Source: Balanoglossus misakiensis (lineage: Eukaryota; Animalia; Hemichordata). Taken from it: a stretch of 64,000 nt of DNA. Each line of letters starts with the position of its first letter. The stretch's first letter is position 1. The notes beneath the pieces were generated by a model, which worked only from the letters and a program-made list of their open reading frames with translations, was not told where the DNA came from and did no database searches. Made by a program: the position numbers and the translations under genes. Shown piece by piece: positions 63,732 through 64,000 of this stretch. The DNA is taken from contig CM082581.2 in NCBI GenBank assembly GCA_040954595.2, positions 2,348,699 through 2,412,698 of the forward strand, in the 5' to 3' direction.

Positions 63732-64000
63732 TTAATTGTTTAAATGAGCATGTCGACAATTTCGTGCGATATGCCCAGGTTGTTTACAAGAATAACAAAT
63801 TCGAGTATCAAAATATCTGCGGGAGTTACTAGGACAATTGGGAGCACTATGACCTATTTGACGACAATTAAAGCATTCTACCTGAGCATTTCGTATTGCT
63901 CGTCCTCCATAGGTAGCAGGTGGTCGTCTTGCGTAGTTGGCAGGTGGTCGTCTTGCGTAGTCGGCAGGTGGTCGCCTCTGTTCTGAACGTCGGTCCCCTG
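63732..64000 (-). CDS. gag: Gag C-terminus with two CCHC zinc knuckles (partial)
   Basis: CFNCRQIGHSAPNC and CYSCKQPGHIARNC, stop at 63732-63734. A 24 bp repeat (about 3 copies) at 63917-63977. Confidence 0.88.
   Translation of the reverse strand, partial: GDRRSEQRRPPADYARRPPANYARRPPATYGGRAIRNAQVECFNCRQIGHSAPNCPSNSRRYFDTRICYSCKQPGHIARNCRHAHLNN
63738..63744 (-). promoter_or_regulatory. Putative -1 ribosomal frameshift heptamer T TTA AAC
   Basis: In the gag phase two codons before the stop; the -1 frame is open toward pol. Confidence 0.65.

Larger units (their letters stand above)
54813..64000 (-). mobile_element. Gypsy/Ty3 (Metaviridae) retroelement with env; LTRs not identified
   Basis: Gene order gag - PR - RT - RNase H - IN - chromodomain - env. 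Confidence 0.93.

Overview
AT-rich eukaryotic DNA with spliceosomal introns, probably from a marine invertebrate (inference only). The window is almost entirely nested, decaying transposable elements, and I see no clear host gene, rRNA, tRNA or CRISPR array. In order: (1) an ISL2EU-type element (SWIM-YqaJ nuclease plus THAP-DDE transposase, 1-~3.9 kb); (2) a degraded Academ/DUF6589-like gene with a TTAA-flanked Kolobok-type MITE; (3) a 2 kb TAA-flanked Zator/Harbinger-type deletion derivative; (4) a Crypton tyrosine-recombinase pseudogene with a 9-bp-TSD MITE; (5) a 23.5 kb Zator-like element (11342-34888) carrying a divergent SAM-domain accessory gene and, in one intron, a 15.2 kb stack of Helentron-type non-autonomous elements (HINE/DINE-like) inserted one inside another; (6) an EnSpm/CACTA element whose second gene starts with a CIDE-N domain; (7) a DIRS/Ngaro RT fragment; (8) a ~500 bp satellite and palindromic minisatellites; (9) a second, complete ISL2EU inserted at the AT centre of a GCCAATTGGC palindrome; (10) a Gypsy/Ty3 retroelement with a chromodomain integrase and an F-type env, itself hit by a solo HINE. 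The strongest observation is the last-in-first-out 'matryoshka' HINE stack, which points to self-targeting of the element's own T/TTTC tract.
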